From assembly GCA_003154055.1 (NCBI GenBank), contig PMCH01000363.1:7032-46643 (forward strand): DNA of 39,612 nucleotides, written 5' to 3'. This stretch comes from Acidobacteriaceae bacterium (GTDB lineage Bacteria; Acidobacteriota; Terriglobia; Terriglobales; Acidobacteriaceae). Every line of letters begins with the position of its first letter. Position 1 is the stretch's first letter. The translations under genes and the position numbers were made by a program. Shown piece after piece: positions 1 through 9,030 of the stretch. The notes beneath the pieces were generated by a model. That model did no database searches. It was not told where the DNA came from and worked only from the letters and a program-made list of their open reading frames with translations.

Positions 1-4
1 GGGA

Positions 5-3000
5 ATGAAAAGACTGCAGTTCTGCCTTGCAGTGTTCGCTCTTTTGGCTCTGACCTGTAGCGCATTTGCGCAGATTCAGAACGGCCAGTTTACTGGCACC
101 GTGACCGATCCAACCGGCGCCGCCATCGCGAACGCGAAGATCACGGTTACAAACCCAGCGACCAACCTGAACGTTTCGACAGCCACGAACGCGAGCGGCA
201 ACTACACCGTGAAGGAACTTCCCGTCGGCAGTTACAAGCTGACCGTAGAGGCACCGGGTTTCAAGACGGTCTCGAACACCAACGTGCCCATTAACGCCGG
301 CACCATCGCCCACGTCGACTTCAAGATGACGATGGGCCAGCAGAGAGAAGTGATCGAAGTGAGCGGCGAAGTGGCGCAGGTGAACACGGAAGATTCCAAG
401 TTGGCCAACACTGTCAGCGCCACACAGGTAGAGAACCTGCCGCTGAATGGCCGCAACATTTACGACCTGATCCAGTTGGCGCCGGGCGCAGTCAACGTGC
501 GCGGCGTGGTTTCAGAGGGCGGGGCTAACACGGTGGTAAACGGACTTCGCGAGAACTTCAACGGGTTCCTTATCAACGGTTCCTCGAATAAGGGTCTGAG
601 CGGCGGAGCGATCACGCAGCCGATCGAAGACACCGTGCAGGAATTCCAGCAGCTGACCCTGAATATGTCGGCTCAATACGGCAACAGCGCCGGTTCGATG
701 ACCAACCTGGTGACCAAGTCGGGCACCAATGGATATCACGGCAGCGGCTGGTGGTTTAATCGTAACGATTGGTTTGACGCCAACACCTTCTTCGGCAACC
801 AGACGGAAACGCCGCGCCAGGCTCTGCGCTTCAATCAGTTTGGCGGAACCTTCGGCGGTCCGATCATCAAGGACAAGCTGTTCTTCTTCTTGTCGTATCA
901 GGACAGCCGTTTCCGCGAGTCCAGTCCTCCGACCGTGGTCTCGGTAGAGTCCCCCGAATGGCGCCAAGCGGTCATCGACGGTGTGCCGAATTCAACGGCG
1001 GCCCTGCTGTACAACAATTTTGCGCCGACGGTAATAGGAGCTCCTGTCGATGCCGGCCCCGGCATCGACCCCGACCCCAATTTTCACGGTACGAACCTCG
1101 ACACCTACACGGGCGGTAACTACACCAAGTACCTGTGCGGGGACGGCCAGAACGCTTTCATTTCGCAGCGGCTAGCTCCGCTGATCGGCGTAACGGCTAA
1201 CGATCAAGCCGCCATGTCAGCCGCCGAATGCGTCAATATCCCGGCTATCCAAGACGGGACCTTTCCTCGCACGGGCGTTAATATCCTCAACAATACGATT
1301 GCCATCAACGGATCACAAAACCAGACCTACACCGGTTCCGGCAATCTCTTCAATGGCTGGGAACTGGGCGGGAAGATCGATTGGAACCCGACTTCGAAGG
1401 ATCGTATATCTTACGCGATGAACTGGAATCGTCTGACGGACAGCTTCGGCTTCCCGAACACGTCGAGCAACAGCAATGGTCGCGGACCGGGCTTCCGTAA
1501 TCCTGCAAAAGCAAAATCTCCGAATGGTCAGTTGAGCTGGGTCCACACCTTCAGCCCGAAAGTACTCAACCAGGTAACCGTGGGGTACGCACTGAACATC
1601 ACCGGTGACGTCACTACGGCTCTTCCGGGTGTACCGGACATCCGCTTCGACGACGGTTCGATGGGATTCGGATCATATTCCGGCTATCCCCAGGTGTTCC
1701 ACGAGAACATCTATTCGTACTCGGATATGGTTTCGATCTCGCACGGAAAGCACAACTTCAAAGCAGGTGTGGATTTCCGCCGGAACATCGAAAACAGCGA
1801 GTTCAACGTGGCTCGTCCGTCGTATTACTTCAAGGATTTCCTGGACTTCGCGGCCGACGCTCCGTACACGCAGTCAGCCGGCGTGGACCCGGGAATCCTT
1901 GACGGTGGGGGCGCCCGCCTTTCGAGCAACATTCGCCATTGGCGGAACCTGGAGATGGGGGCATATTTCCAGGACGACTGGAAGGTCACGCAACGTCTGA
2001 CCCTGAACCTGGGCATGCGTTACGACCTGTACAAGCGCCACAACGAGTTGAACAACCAGGTCACGACATTCATCAAGGGTCCGGGCAGCAACTTCATCGA
2101 CAATATTTCCACGGGTGCGGGACAGATCAGGGACGCTAACATCGCTGCTGGACTCGAGGGTTGCGACACTCCTGAACAGATTGCTCAAGCGCAGTTGGCT
2201 GGCGTTTGCGGACCGGGCGGCTTCCAGACGGCAAAATCGCTCGGCAAGGGTGATCACAACAATTTTGGGCCCAGCGTCGGGTTCGCGTGGGATATCTTCG
2301 GCGATGCCAAGACTGCCCTTCGCGGCGGCTTTGGCGTGGCTTATGAAGGCACGCTCTACAACCCGCTTTCCAACTCCCGTTGGAACCTGCCGTTCTACTC
2401 GTTCAACAGCGCTTCCAACTTCCTGGACGGCGACGTCAACACGGTTATTTACGGGCCGTATACCTGCGACGGAACCTGCCTGCCGGACAACTCCGCCACG
2501 CCGACCTACCTTGGCGCAGCGACTAATCCCGGGCAGGGAACTGGCGCACAGGCTGTTGGGAACCTGACCGGCTGGGATGGTCAGAATCCGAACCTCGCGA
2601 CTCTAACCGGAATTGTTTTCCCGGAAGGCATCCGCGACCCCTACGTCTACAACTTCTTCCTGGGCGTTCAGCGGGAGATCATGCCTAAGCTGATTGTCGA
2701 GGCTAACTATGTGGGAACCGCTGGGCACAAGCTGTTCCGCGCGCAGAACATAAACCGCGTTCCGGGTGAAAAGTTACCTGAAGGCACTTGCGCAGTAGAC
2801 AACTTCGGGCGGACGCTGTGCAGCCAGATCTCGGACGTCAACCCTGCCGGGCGTTTGAATCCGAACTTCGGCACGCTGCGTGTCTGGCAGAACGTGGTTA
2901 ATTCGAACTACAACGCACTACAGCTCTCGTTGAAAAAGCAGGCCAGTCACGGCATCACCTTCAACCTGAACTACACCTTAGGTCACGCTATCGATGGCGG

Positions 3001-3778
3001 CTCAACCTGGCACAGTGGCTCGACCAGTTCGAACGGCGCTGGCGCTGGCGAGGGTTATACGACAGACGTAACTATGCCTCAACTGGATCGCGGCAACGCC
3101 ATCTTCGACATCCGGCAACGCCTGGTGGCGAACTACGTGTGGGAACTGCCGTGGTTCAAGGAGCAACACGGCGTCATTGGGCACATCCTGGGCGGCTGGC
3201 AGTACAACGGGATCATCTCGTGGCAGACTGGTGCGCACTGGGAGCCGTGGACCTTCACTAACGGCGGCTCTCCTCAGGGAACGATTATCAATAGTGCTGG
3301 CACGGAGTGTACACAAAACGACATCAACGCCGGAGACTGCCGCAACACCGGCGGCGATTACAACTTGGACGGGGTACGAAACGATCGTCCGAACGTAGCC
3401 GCCAAGAATTTCAACCCGGGCCATGACGGCTGGGCGAATGGTTGGGGATCGGACTACACGTTCAAGGGGAATGGCAGCAGCCCCAACGGGTTCTTCTCTT
3501 CCCCCTGCCTCGGTTGCGTAGGTAACATGGGGCGGAACACGTTTGTCGGTCCGAGCTTCACTTCCTGGGAGACCTCTTTGTTCAAGAACATCAAGATCAC
3601 GGAGAGGGTTAACATGCAGTTCCGTGCGGAGGCGTTCAACATTCTCAACCACACGAACTTCCAGTTGCCGGGTGCGGGCGGAGCTACCAACATGCGCACC
3701 AATTCGGGGAGTTTTGGTCAGGCTGGCGGCACCTTCAATCCGCGGAACCTGCAGTTCGGGTTGAAGATTCGCTTCTAG
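5..3778 (+). CDS. TonB-dependent outer-membrane receptor with an N-terminal carboxypeptidase-regulatory-like domain
   Basis: ATG at 5. Signal peptide MKRLQFCLAVFALLALTCSAFAQ. CarboxypepD_reg-like segment (GTVTDPTGAAIANAKITVTN...YTVKELPVGSYKLTVEAPGFK). Plug-like region (LPLNGRNIYDLIQLAPG). Terminal aromatic residue (...LQFGLKIRF) typical of a beta-barrel C-terminus. 1257 aa continuous ORF. Confidence 0.85.
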   Translation: MKRLQFCLAVFALLALTCSAFAQIQNGQFTGTVTDPTGAAIANAKITVTNPATNLNVSTATNASGNYTVKELPVGSYKLTVEAPGFKTVSNTNVPINAGTIAHVDFKMTMGQQREVIEVSGEVAQVNTEDSKLANTVSATQVENLPLNGRNIYDLIQLAPGAVNVRGVVSEGGANTVVNGLRENFNGFLINGSSNKGLSGGAITQPIEDTVQEFQQLTLNMSAQYGNSAGSMTNLVTKSGTNGYHGSGWWFNRNDWFDANTFFGNQTETPRQALRFNQFGGTFGGPIIKDKLFFFLSYQDSRFRESSPPTVVSVESPEWRQAVIDGVPNSTAALLYNNFAPTVIGAPVDAGPGIDPDPNFHGTNLDTYTGGNYTKYLCGDGQNAFISQRLAPLIGVTANDQAAMSAAECVNIPAIQDGTFPRTGVNILNNTIAINGSQNQTYTGSGNLFNGWELGGKIDWNPTSKDRISYAMNWNRLTDSFGFPNTSSNSNGRGPGFRNPAKAKSPNGQLSWVHTFSPKVLNQVTVGYALNITGDVTTALPGVPDIRFDDGSMGFGSYSGYPQVFHENIYSYSDMVSISHGKHNFKAGVDFRRNIENSEFNVARPSYYFKDFLDFAADAPYTQSAGVDPGILDGGGARLSSNIRHWRNLEMGAYFQDDWKVTQRLTLNLGMRYDLYKRHNELNNQVTTFIKGPGSNFIDNISTGAGQIRDANIAAGLEGCDTPEQIAQAQLAGVCGPGGFQTAKSLGKGDHNNFGPSVGFAWDIFGDAKTALRGGFGVAYEGTLYNPLSNSRWNLPFYSFNSASNFLDGDVNTVIYGPYTCDGTCLPDNSATPTYLGAATNPGQGTGAQAVGNLTGWDGQNPNLATLTGIVFPEGIRDPYVYNFFLGVQREIMPKLIVEANYVGTAGHKLFRAQNINRVPGEKLPEGTCAVDNFGRTLCSQISDVNPAGRLNPNFGTLRVWQNVVNSNYNALQLSLKKQASHGITFNLNYTLGHAIDGGSTWHSGSTSSNGAGAGEGYTTDVTMPQLDRGNAIFDIRQRLVANYVWELPWFKEQHGVIGHILGGWQYNGIISWQTGAHWEPWTFTNGGSPQGTIINSAGTECTQNDINAGDCRNTGGDYNLDGVRNDRPNVAAKNFNPGHDGWANGWGSDYTFKGNGSSPNGFFSSPCLGCVGNMGRNTFVGPSFTSWETSLFKNIKITERVNMQFRAEAFNILNHTNFQLPGAGGATNMRTNSGSFGQAGGTFNPRNLQFGLKIRF

Positions 3779-3795
3779 GTGGGGTTGTTCTTCCG

Positions 3796-3835
3796 GGGGT
3801 CTGTTCCTTTGCGGGAACGGACCCCTTCATTATTT
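3796..3835 (+). terminator. Probable rho-independent terminator after the TonB-receptor gene
   Basis: GGGGTCTGTTCC (3796-3807) pairs with GGAACGGACCCC (3814-3825), with one G-U position and loop TTTGCG. It is followed by the T-rich tail TTCATTATTT. Confidence 0.5.
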
Positions 3836-3846
3836 GGCGGGGCAAC

Positions 3847-4869
3847 ATGAAAAGTCGTTCGCACACATCCGTCCTGTTGGCTCCGGCCCTCCTTCTTCTC
3901 ACCATTCTCACAGTTCCTTCGCATATTTGCGCACAGGCCACAAGCGGGAGTGTACTCGGCGAGGTGCGCGTCAGTCCGGGTAACCCCATCTCCAAACCTA
4001 TCCTCGTGACCCTGCAGGGACGCGGCACCATAGTCGGACAGGCGTACACCGACGAAGAGGGACACTTCTTCTTCAACAATCTCCCCGGGAACGTCTACCA
4101 CATCGTCATCAACGAGGACGGCTATGATCCCGTGAACGAGCAGGTGGTCAGCGATCCGGAAACTTCTCCCATGCGGCTGGTGAATATTTATCTGGTCCCG
4201 CACAATGCGGAGAAGTCACGTGACACTGCCGTTGCCGGTGAGAATGCCTACCTGACCAACGAAGCCGAATACGGGAAGGTCTATCCGAAAGACGCCATAA
4301 GGGAATTCAAGGCAGGCAAAAAGGCTGATCAGAAGGGCAAAGTCGACGAAGCCATCCACCACTACGAAAAGGCCGTCTCTCTGGCGCCCACGTTCTACAT
4401 GGCGCGCAATAACTTGGGAACGCTGTATCTTGGCAAGGCCGATTACACAGCTGCCCAGGGGCAATTTGACAAGGTGATCGGCACGAACCCAAATGACGTA
4501 AGCGCGTATTTCAACCTGGCGAATCTTTATCTTTTGCAGAACCGTTACGATGACGCAGAGCGGTTCGTCGAGAAGGGACTCAGCAAACAATCCAGCTCAG
4601 CGTTCGGTAATTTCCTGCGTGGCTCACTTTATGCCCGGACTGGCAATACCCACCAAGCGGAGGCTTCCCTTCGGCGTTCGCTCGAGCTTGACCCCAAGAT
4701 GGCGCAGACCCACTTGGCGCTGGTGAACTTATTCATGCAGGAAAAGCGCAGCGCCGACGCGATTGCGGAGCTGAAGACCTTTCTGAAGGAATTTCCGGAG
4801 CACCAATTTGCTCCCAAGGCACGTGACGTTCTGAACCGCCTGGAAAACTTGGGCGCGCAACCGAATTAG
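3847..4869 (+). CDS. Secreted CarboxypepD_reg-like domain / TPR repeat protein
   Basis: ATG at 3847. Signal-like N-terminus (LLAPALLLLTILTVPSHICAQA). Ig-like/carboxypeptidase-regulatory-like segment (GEVRVSPGNPI...EEGHFFFNNLPGNVYHIVINEDGYDP). Several TPR-like repeats follow (AIHHYEKAVSLAPTFYMARNNLGTLY..., AEASLRRSLELDPKMAQTHLALVNLF). Confidence 0.7.
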   Translation: MKSRSHTSVLLAPALLLLTILTVPSHICAQATSGSVLGEVRVSPGNPISKPILVTLQGRGTIVGQAYTDEEGHFFFNNLPGNVYHIVINEDGYDPVNEQVVSDPETSPMRLVNIYLVPHNAEKSRDTAVAGENAYLTNEAEYGKVYPKDAIREFKAGKKADQKGKVDEAIHHYEKAVSLAPTFYMARNNLGTLYLGKADYTAAQGQFDKVIGTNPNDVSAYFNLANLYLLQNRYDDAERFVEKGLSKQSSSAFGNFLRGSLYARTGNTHQAEASLRRSLELDPKMAQTHLALVNLFMQEKRSADAIAELKTFLKEFPEHQFAPKARDVLNRLENLGAQPN

Positions 4870-4874
4870 CATAG

Positions 4875-6992
4875 TCAGCGACCGTGGCCTGGCACAAAAC
4901 GGCAGAGCTTGTCGTCGAGCCGACATGCTTGATCGTATTCTTTCCCCGCTTGTTCGGCGCGCCCCAGGCGCTGATACGCGAATCCCAGATTGAGGTGCGC
5001 TTCTGCGTAGTCAGGATCGAGCTTGAGTGCGCGCTGGTACGTGGCGACCGCCTTCTGTAGGCGGTCAGTCCGACTGTAAGAGATTCCCAGAAAATTGAAG
5101 AGCGGTGCCTCGTCCAAGCCAAGGTCGGCGGCCTTTCCCAGATGCTCAGCGGCTTCTGAATAATTCTGCTGCTGAAATTGGAGCATGCCCAAATCGCGAC
5201 GAACAGGGGCGAAGTTGGGCTGAATCGTAATAGCTTTCTCGTAGGCGCGAACGGCTGCCGGTTTGTCCGTCCGTGATTCCAGGTGGCCGAGTTCATACCA
5301 CACCCGGTAATTCTGGGAATTGAATTTCAGGGCCCGATCAAGCCATTGCCGCGCCTCTGAGGGATTCCCCAGTTTGTCCAGAGCGCGTGCCAGGCCTGTC
5401 ATGGCCTGATCGAAATTCGGATTCAATTCGAGACACTTCTTCAGTTCGGTCGCCGCTTCCTCCCAGTTCTGACGGCGGAGAGCGGTCTCTCCCAGCAGGA
5501 ACGCGACGATGTAGATATCCGGGTCCTTCTCACGCACGGCGGCGAGCAGGGCCTTCGCCTTTTCATCATCTCCGATCTGGAAGGCATCGGTAGCTTTCAG
5601 AATTGCGTTGAATTCCCAGAGTTTCTCTTTCGGATCTGCCTGCCCGCTGCCGACGACTGCGTCACCCACCGGCGAGTGATAGGCCATGTACCCGAGGGCG
5701 CGCAGTTTTTCGGCGGCATCGGGGTTTAGCTTGGCGTCGGTCACAGCGGACGTTTTCGCCGCGAACGGATTTACCTTCAATCTCTGTTGCAGCTTTCCTT
5801 CTAAGACTGCGACGGTTGCAGTCTGCTCTCCGGCGCGGTTTGTCTTTTCTTCGGGATCAGCGACCATGTCATACAGTTCCGGTTGCGGCGCCTCAATGTA
5901 GTGGTATCGGCCTGTTTCCAGCGCGCGCAGAGGACTCCACCCGAAGGAACTGAAAGGATAGAAAGTCTCGCTGTACGCCGCGTCTCTGGCGCCAGCGGCG
6001 GCAAACATGCTCGGCGTTTGAAACTGGGTTTGAATCGAATCCTTCACACCAGCGAGTTGCAATAGTGACGGAGCCACCGCCGCGGTTTCGACGGGATCGC
6101 GGCGACGCTGTGCCTGAATGCCGCTCCCAGCAGGCGGTTTCACGATCAGTGGAACGTGCACAGTGGCGTTGTACACGAAGAATCCGTGCTCATCCTCGCC
6201 GTGTTCGCCCAACGATTCGCCATGATCGCTAAGCGCCACGATCACAGAGGAGTCGTAAAGCTTGTTCTGCTTGAGCCAGGCCATCAGCCTGCCGAGTTCG
6301 TGATCGGCGTACGCGATCTCGCCGTCATATGGATGGCTGCGGTACTCGCTGCGGTAAGGCTCCGGCGGATCATACGGGCTGTGCGGGTCGTACAGGTGCA
6401 GCCAGAGGAAGAACGGCCGCCGTGGAGTTTTCTTCAGCCACGCGATGGCATGGTCTATGCTTTCTTCGGCGCGGCGATCCACCAGCCCGATGTCCTTCTT
6501 CTGGAAGGTCTCTGCCGAAAAAGCGTCGTCGTAGAAATCGAATCCGCGTCCCAACCCCCAACTGCGATCGAGCACAAACGCGCTCACCACCGCGCCCGTC
6601 GCATAGCCTGCCTGCTTGAAAGACTGTGCCACCGAGCGGAACTGCGGCGCCAGCGGCTGTCCGGTGAAGTCCTGTACGCCGTTCTGAAACGGATACGTAC
6701 CCGTAAGAATTACCGCGTGCGAGGGCCAGGTCAGCGGAACCTGCGAAATGGCGCGCTCAAACACGACGCCGTCCCGCGCGAGTCCATCCAGCGTGGGAGT
6801 CTTGACGGCCTCCGCGCCGTAGCAGCCCACATGGTCGGCGCGCAGCGTGTCGATCGTGATCAGGATGACACTGGGATGTGGGTTCGACTTAGTCGGTGCC
6901 GCTTTCGCTGGAACAGCATTCGCAAGAGGACCCAGGCCCGCGGCCAGTGCGGCAGCCATCACGTGACGAAAAATGGGGGAGCGGTGAACCAT
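4875..6992 (-). CDS. Alkaline-phosphatase-superfamily (sulfatase-like) hydrolase fused to C-terminal TPR repeats, paralog 1
   Basis: The tracked ORF reaches 7175, but the ATG at 6992 (MVHRSPIFRHVMAAALAA...) gives a signal peptide and sits 4 nt after the stop of the upstream paralog. Metal-site motif ILITIDTLRADHVGCYG. Nucleophile region PLTWPSHAVILTG. DHGESLGEHGE motif. C-terminal TPRs. Confidence 0.8.
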   Translation of the reverse strand: MVHRSPIFRHVMAAALAAGLGPLANAVPAKAAPTKSNPHPSVILITIDTLRADHVGCYGAEAVKTPTLDGLARDGVVFERAISQVPLTWPSHAVILTGTYPFQNGVQDFTGQPLAPQFRSVAQSFKQAGYATGAVVSAFVLDRSWGLGRGFDFYDDAFSAETFQKKDIGLVDRRAEESIDHAIAWLKKTPRRPFFLWLHLYDPHSPYDPPEPYRSEYRSHPYDGEIAYADHELGRLMAWLKQNKLYDSSVIVALSDHGESLGEHGEDEHGFFVYNATVHVPLIVKPPAGSGIQAQRRRDPVETAAVAPSLLQLAGVKDSIQTQFQTPSMFAAAGARDAAYSETFYPFSSFGWSPLRALETGRYHYIEAPQPELYDMVADPEEKTNRAGEQTATVAVLEGKLQQRLKVNPFAAKTSAVTDAKLNPDAAEKLRALGYMAYHSPVGDAVVGSGQADPKEKLWEFNAILKATDAFQIGDDEKAKALLAAVREKDPDIYIVAFLLGETALRRQNWEEAATELKKCLELNPNFDQAMTGLARALDKLGNPSEARQWLDRALKFNSQNYRVWYELGHLESRTDKPAAVRAYEKAITIQPNFAPVRRDLGMLQFQQQNYSEAAEHLGKAADLGLDEAPLFNFLGISYSRTDRLQKAVATYQRALKLDPDYAEAHLNLGFAYQRLGRAEQAGKEYDQACRLDDKLCRFVPGHGR

Positions 6993-6996
6993 GGTT

Positions 6997-8952
6997 CTAT
7001 TGCGGCGACGGCTGTTGCGCCCGGCGCATCTCCTGATCCGCTTCCGCAGCCAGCCCCTTGGCCGCGAGCGCCTTGGAAAGCGACACGTGCATGCTGGGCT
7101 CCTGCGGCGCCAATTCAACCGCCCGGCGCAGCTCTGAAATCGCTTCGTCAACCTTGCCTTGATAGAGCAGAACATCGCCCAGCGCCCGGTGACCGCGCGC
7201 CAGATCGGGATTGATGGTCACGGATCGGCGAAGGGCTTCGACGGCGGGCTCCCACTGCTGCTCTTGTATGTAGGCCACACCCAGATTGTAGGCGGCTTCG
7301 AAGTTTGTGGAATCAAGCTGCAGAGCCCGTTGCAGGCTCACGATCGCAGGATCGAACTGCCCCGCGTGCGCCTGCGCCATTCCCAGATTGAAAATTGCCA
7401 GCGCATAGTCCGGACTCAACTGCACCGCCTTTTGCAGTTCGTCCACCGCTTCGGGGAACATTTTGACGCGATAGTAGTTCTGTCCCTGCAAGTAATGCAC
7501 CGGCACGGATTGCGGCTCAGTCTTTTGCGCGGACTTCAGCTTCTCGATCGACTCGGTAAACCGGCCGTGCTGGCTGTCGGAAATAGCATCCGAGATGAGT
7601 TCGTAAGTCGCCACGCGATCTTTGGGATCGGGCAGATCGCGATTGGTGATGGTCGGGTCGCCGCCCCCGGAAAACCCGGCATACCCCAGAGATTTCAGCC
7701 GTTCCATGAGCGCCGGATCCAGGCCCGTTTTCTCAGCCATCTCTTTGCCAGCGCTGTATTCCCGGATCAGGCCGGCGAGCTTGGCGCGCATTTCATCGCC
7801 CACCGCTTTCTTTTCTGAAAGCAGGTTGTGAACCTCTCCCGGGTCTTTCGCGACATCGTAAAGTTCCGGCCGAGGAGCATCAATAAAGTGGTATTTCGTA
7901 TTTTCCGCCCCCCGCAGTTCGCTCCAATTGAAGTGAAGTCGCGGAAGAAACGTTTCTCCGTAGAGGGTGCGGTCGCGCTCGCCCGCCTTGCCCTGCAGTT
8001 CAGTGAGCAAGCTCTTCCCCTGCGCTTGCGATGGAGACTCCAGCCCGACCTTGGCCAGAATTGTCGGCATCAGATCCACCAGTGACACCGGATTGTCGAA
8101 CGCCTGCCCGCCCGGCTTCCCCGGCAATCGCATGATCAGCGGCACGCGCATGGTGGCGTTGTAAATAAAGAAGCCGTGAGTCTTCTCGCCATGCTCCCCC
8201 AGACTCTCGCCATGATCTCCGCTCAGCACAATCACTGTGTTCTGATAGAGCCCCTTCTCCTTCAGAAAACGCAGCACCCGTCCCAGTTGCTCGTCCGCAA
8301 ATGCAATTTCGCCGTCATACGGCTGCCCGGCATACTCACGCGCATACGGCTCCGGCGGATGGTACGGATAGTGCGGATCGTACATGTGCATCCACAGAAA
8401 GAATTTCTTCCGCGAGTTCTTCCCCAGCCAGTCCAGCGCCACATCGGCGACCACATTTGCCGGACGCTCCATCTCATCCAGGTTCGCTTCGTCCAGACGG
8501 CTGAAGTCGAAGTGGTCATAGTAGAAATCAAATCCTTGATTCAACCCGAATCTGGAATCCAGCACCGCCGCGCCGATCACCGCGCCAGTCGTGTAGCCGG
8601 CCCGCTTCAGCACCGTGGCCAGCGTTGGCTGATCCGCGCTAAGCTTGTTGGCGCTGAAATCGTGCATCCCACTCCGCATCGGATACGTTCCCGTAAGCAT
8701 CGCGCTGTGCGAAGGCAGCGTCACCGGCACCGGCGTGAACGCGCGGTCAAAACGCACTCCGTCCGACGCCAGAGAATCAATGTTTGGAGTCTTGATCTGC
8801 TTGTAGCCGTAGCAACCGACATGGTCGGCCCGCAAAGTATCAATCGTGATCAGGATCACGTTTAGCGCAGGTTTTTCGGGCGTTTGCGCGGCGGACTGAA
8901 GCGCGCTGAGAGCTGCCAGGATGAGGAAAATTCGCCGGAGTTCGCAGAACAT
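6997..8952 (-). CDS. Alkaline-phosphatase-superfamily (sulfatase-like) hydrolase fused to C-terminal TPR repeats, paralog 2
   Basis: ATG at 8952. Signal peptide (LILAALSALQSAAQ). ILITIDTLRADHVGCYGY, PVTLPSHSAMLTG and GDHGESLGEHGE motifs. TPR repeats in the last ~200 aa. Confidence 0.85.
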   Translation of the reverse strand: MFCELRRIFLILAALSALQSAAQTPEKPALNVILITIDTLRADHVGCYGYKQIKTPNIDSLASDGVRFDRAFTPVPVTLPSHSAMLTGTYPMRSGMHDFSANKLSADQPTLATVLKRAGYTTGAVIGAAVLDSRFGLNQGFDFYYDHFDFSRLDEANLDEMERPANVVADVALDWLGKNSRKKFFLWMHMYDPHYPYHPPEPYAREYAGQPYDGEIAFADEQLGRVLRFLKEKGLYQNTVIVLSGDHGESLGEHGEKTHGFFIYNATMRVPLIMRLPGKPGGQAFDNPVSLVDLMPTILAKVGLESPSQAQGKSLLTELQGKAGERDRTLYGETFLPRLHFNWSELRGAENTKYHFIDAPRPELYDVAKDPGEVHNLLSEKKAVGDEMRAKLAGLIREYSAGKEMAEKTGLDPALMERLKSLGYAGFSGGGDPTITNRDLPDPKDRVATYELISDAISDSQHGRFTESIEKLKSAQKTEPQSVPVHYLQGQNYYRVKMFPEAVDELQKAVQLSPDYALAIFNLGMAQAHAGQFDPAIVSLQRALQLDSTNFEAAYNLGVAYIQEQQWEPAVEALRRSVTINPDLARGHRALGDVLLYQGKVDEAISELRRAVELAPQEPSMHVSLSKALAAKGLAAEADQEMRRAQQPSPQ

Positions 8953-9030
8953 CGGGGAGTTGTGATTATCTCACGGACGGCGCGGGAAAACCGCTCAACT
9001 CCTGCGAAAACATTGTGATAGGTTAATTTC

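Noticed and set aside
6156-7214. 352-aa ORF on the plus strand (and similar long ORFs at 7159-7818 and 8176-8865 on the plus strand, and 8995-10482 on the minus strand)
   Set aside because: They lie antisense to the sulfatase-TPR genes, which carry clear family motifs. Their translations are Arg/Pro/His-rich low-complexity sequence typical of shadow ORFs in GC-rich DNA.
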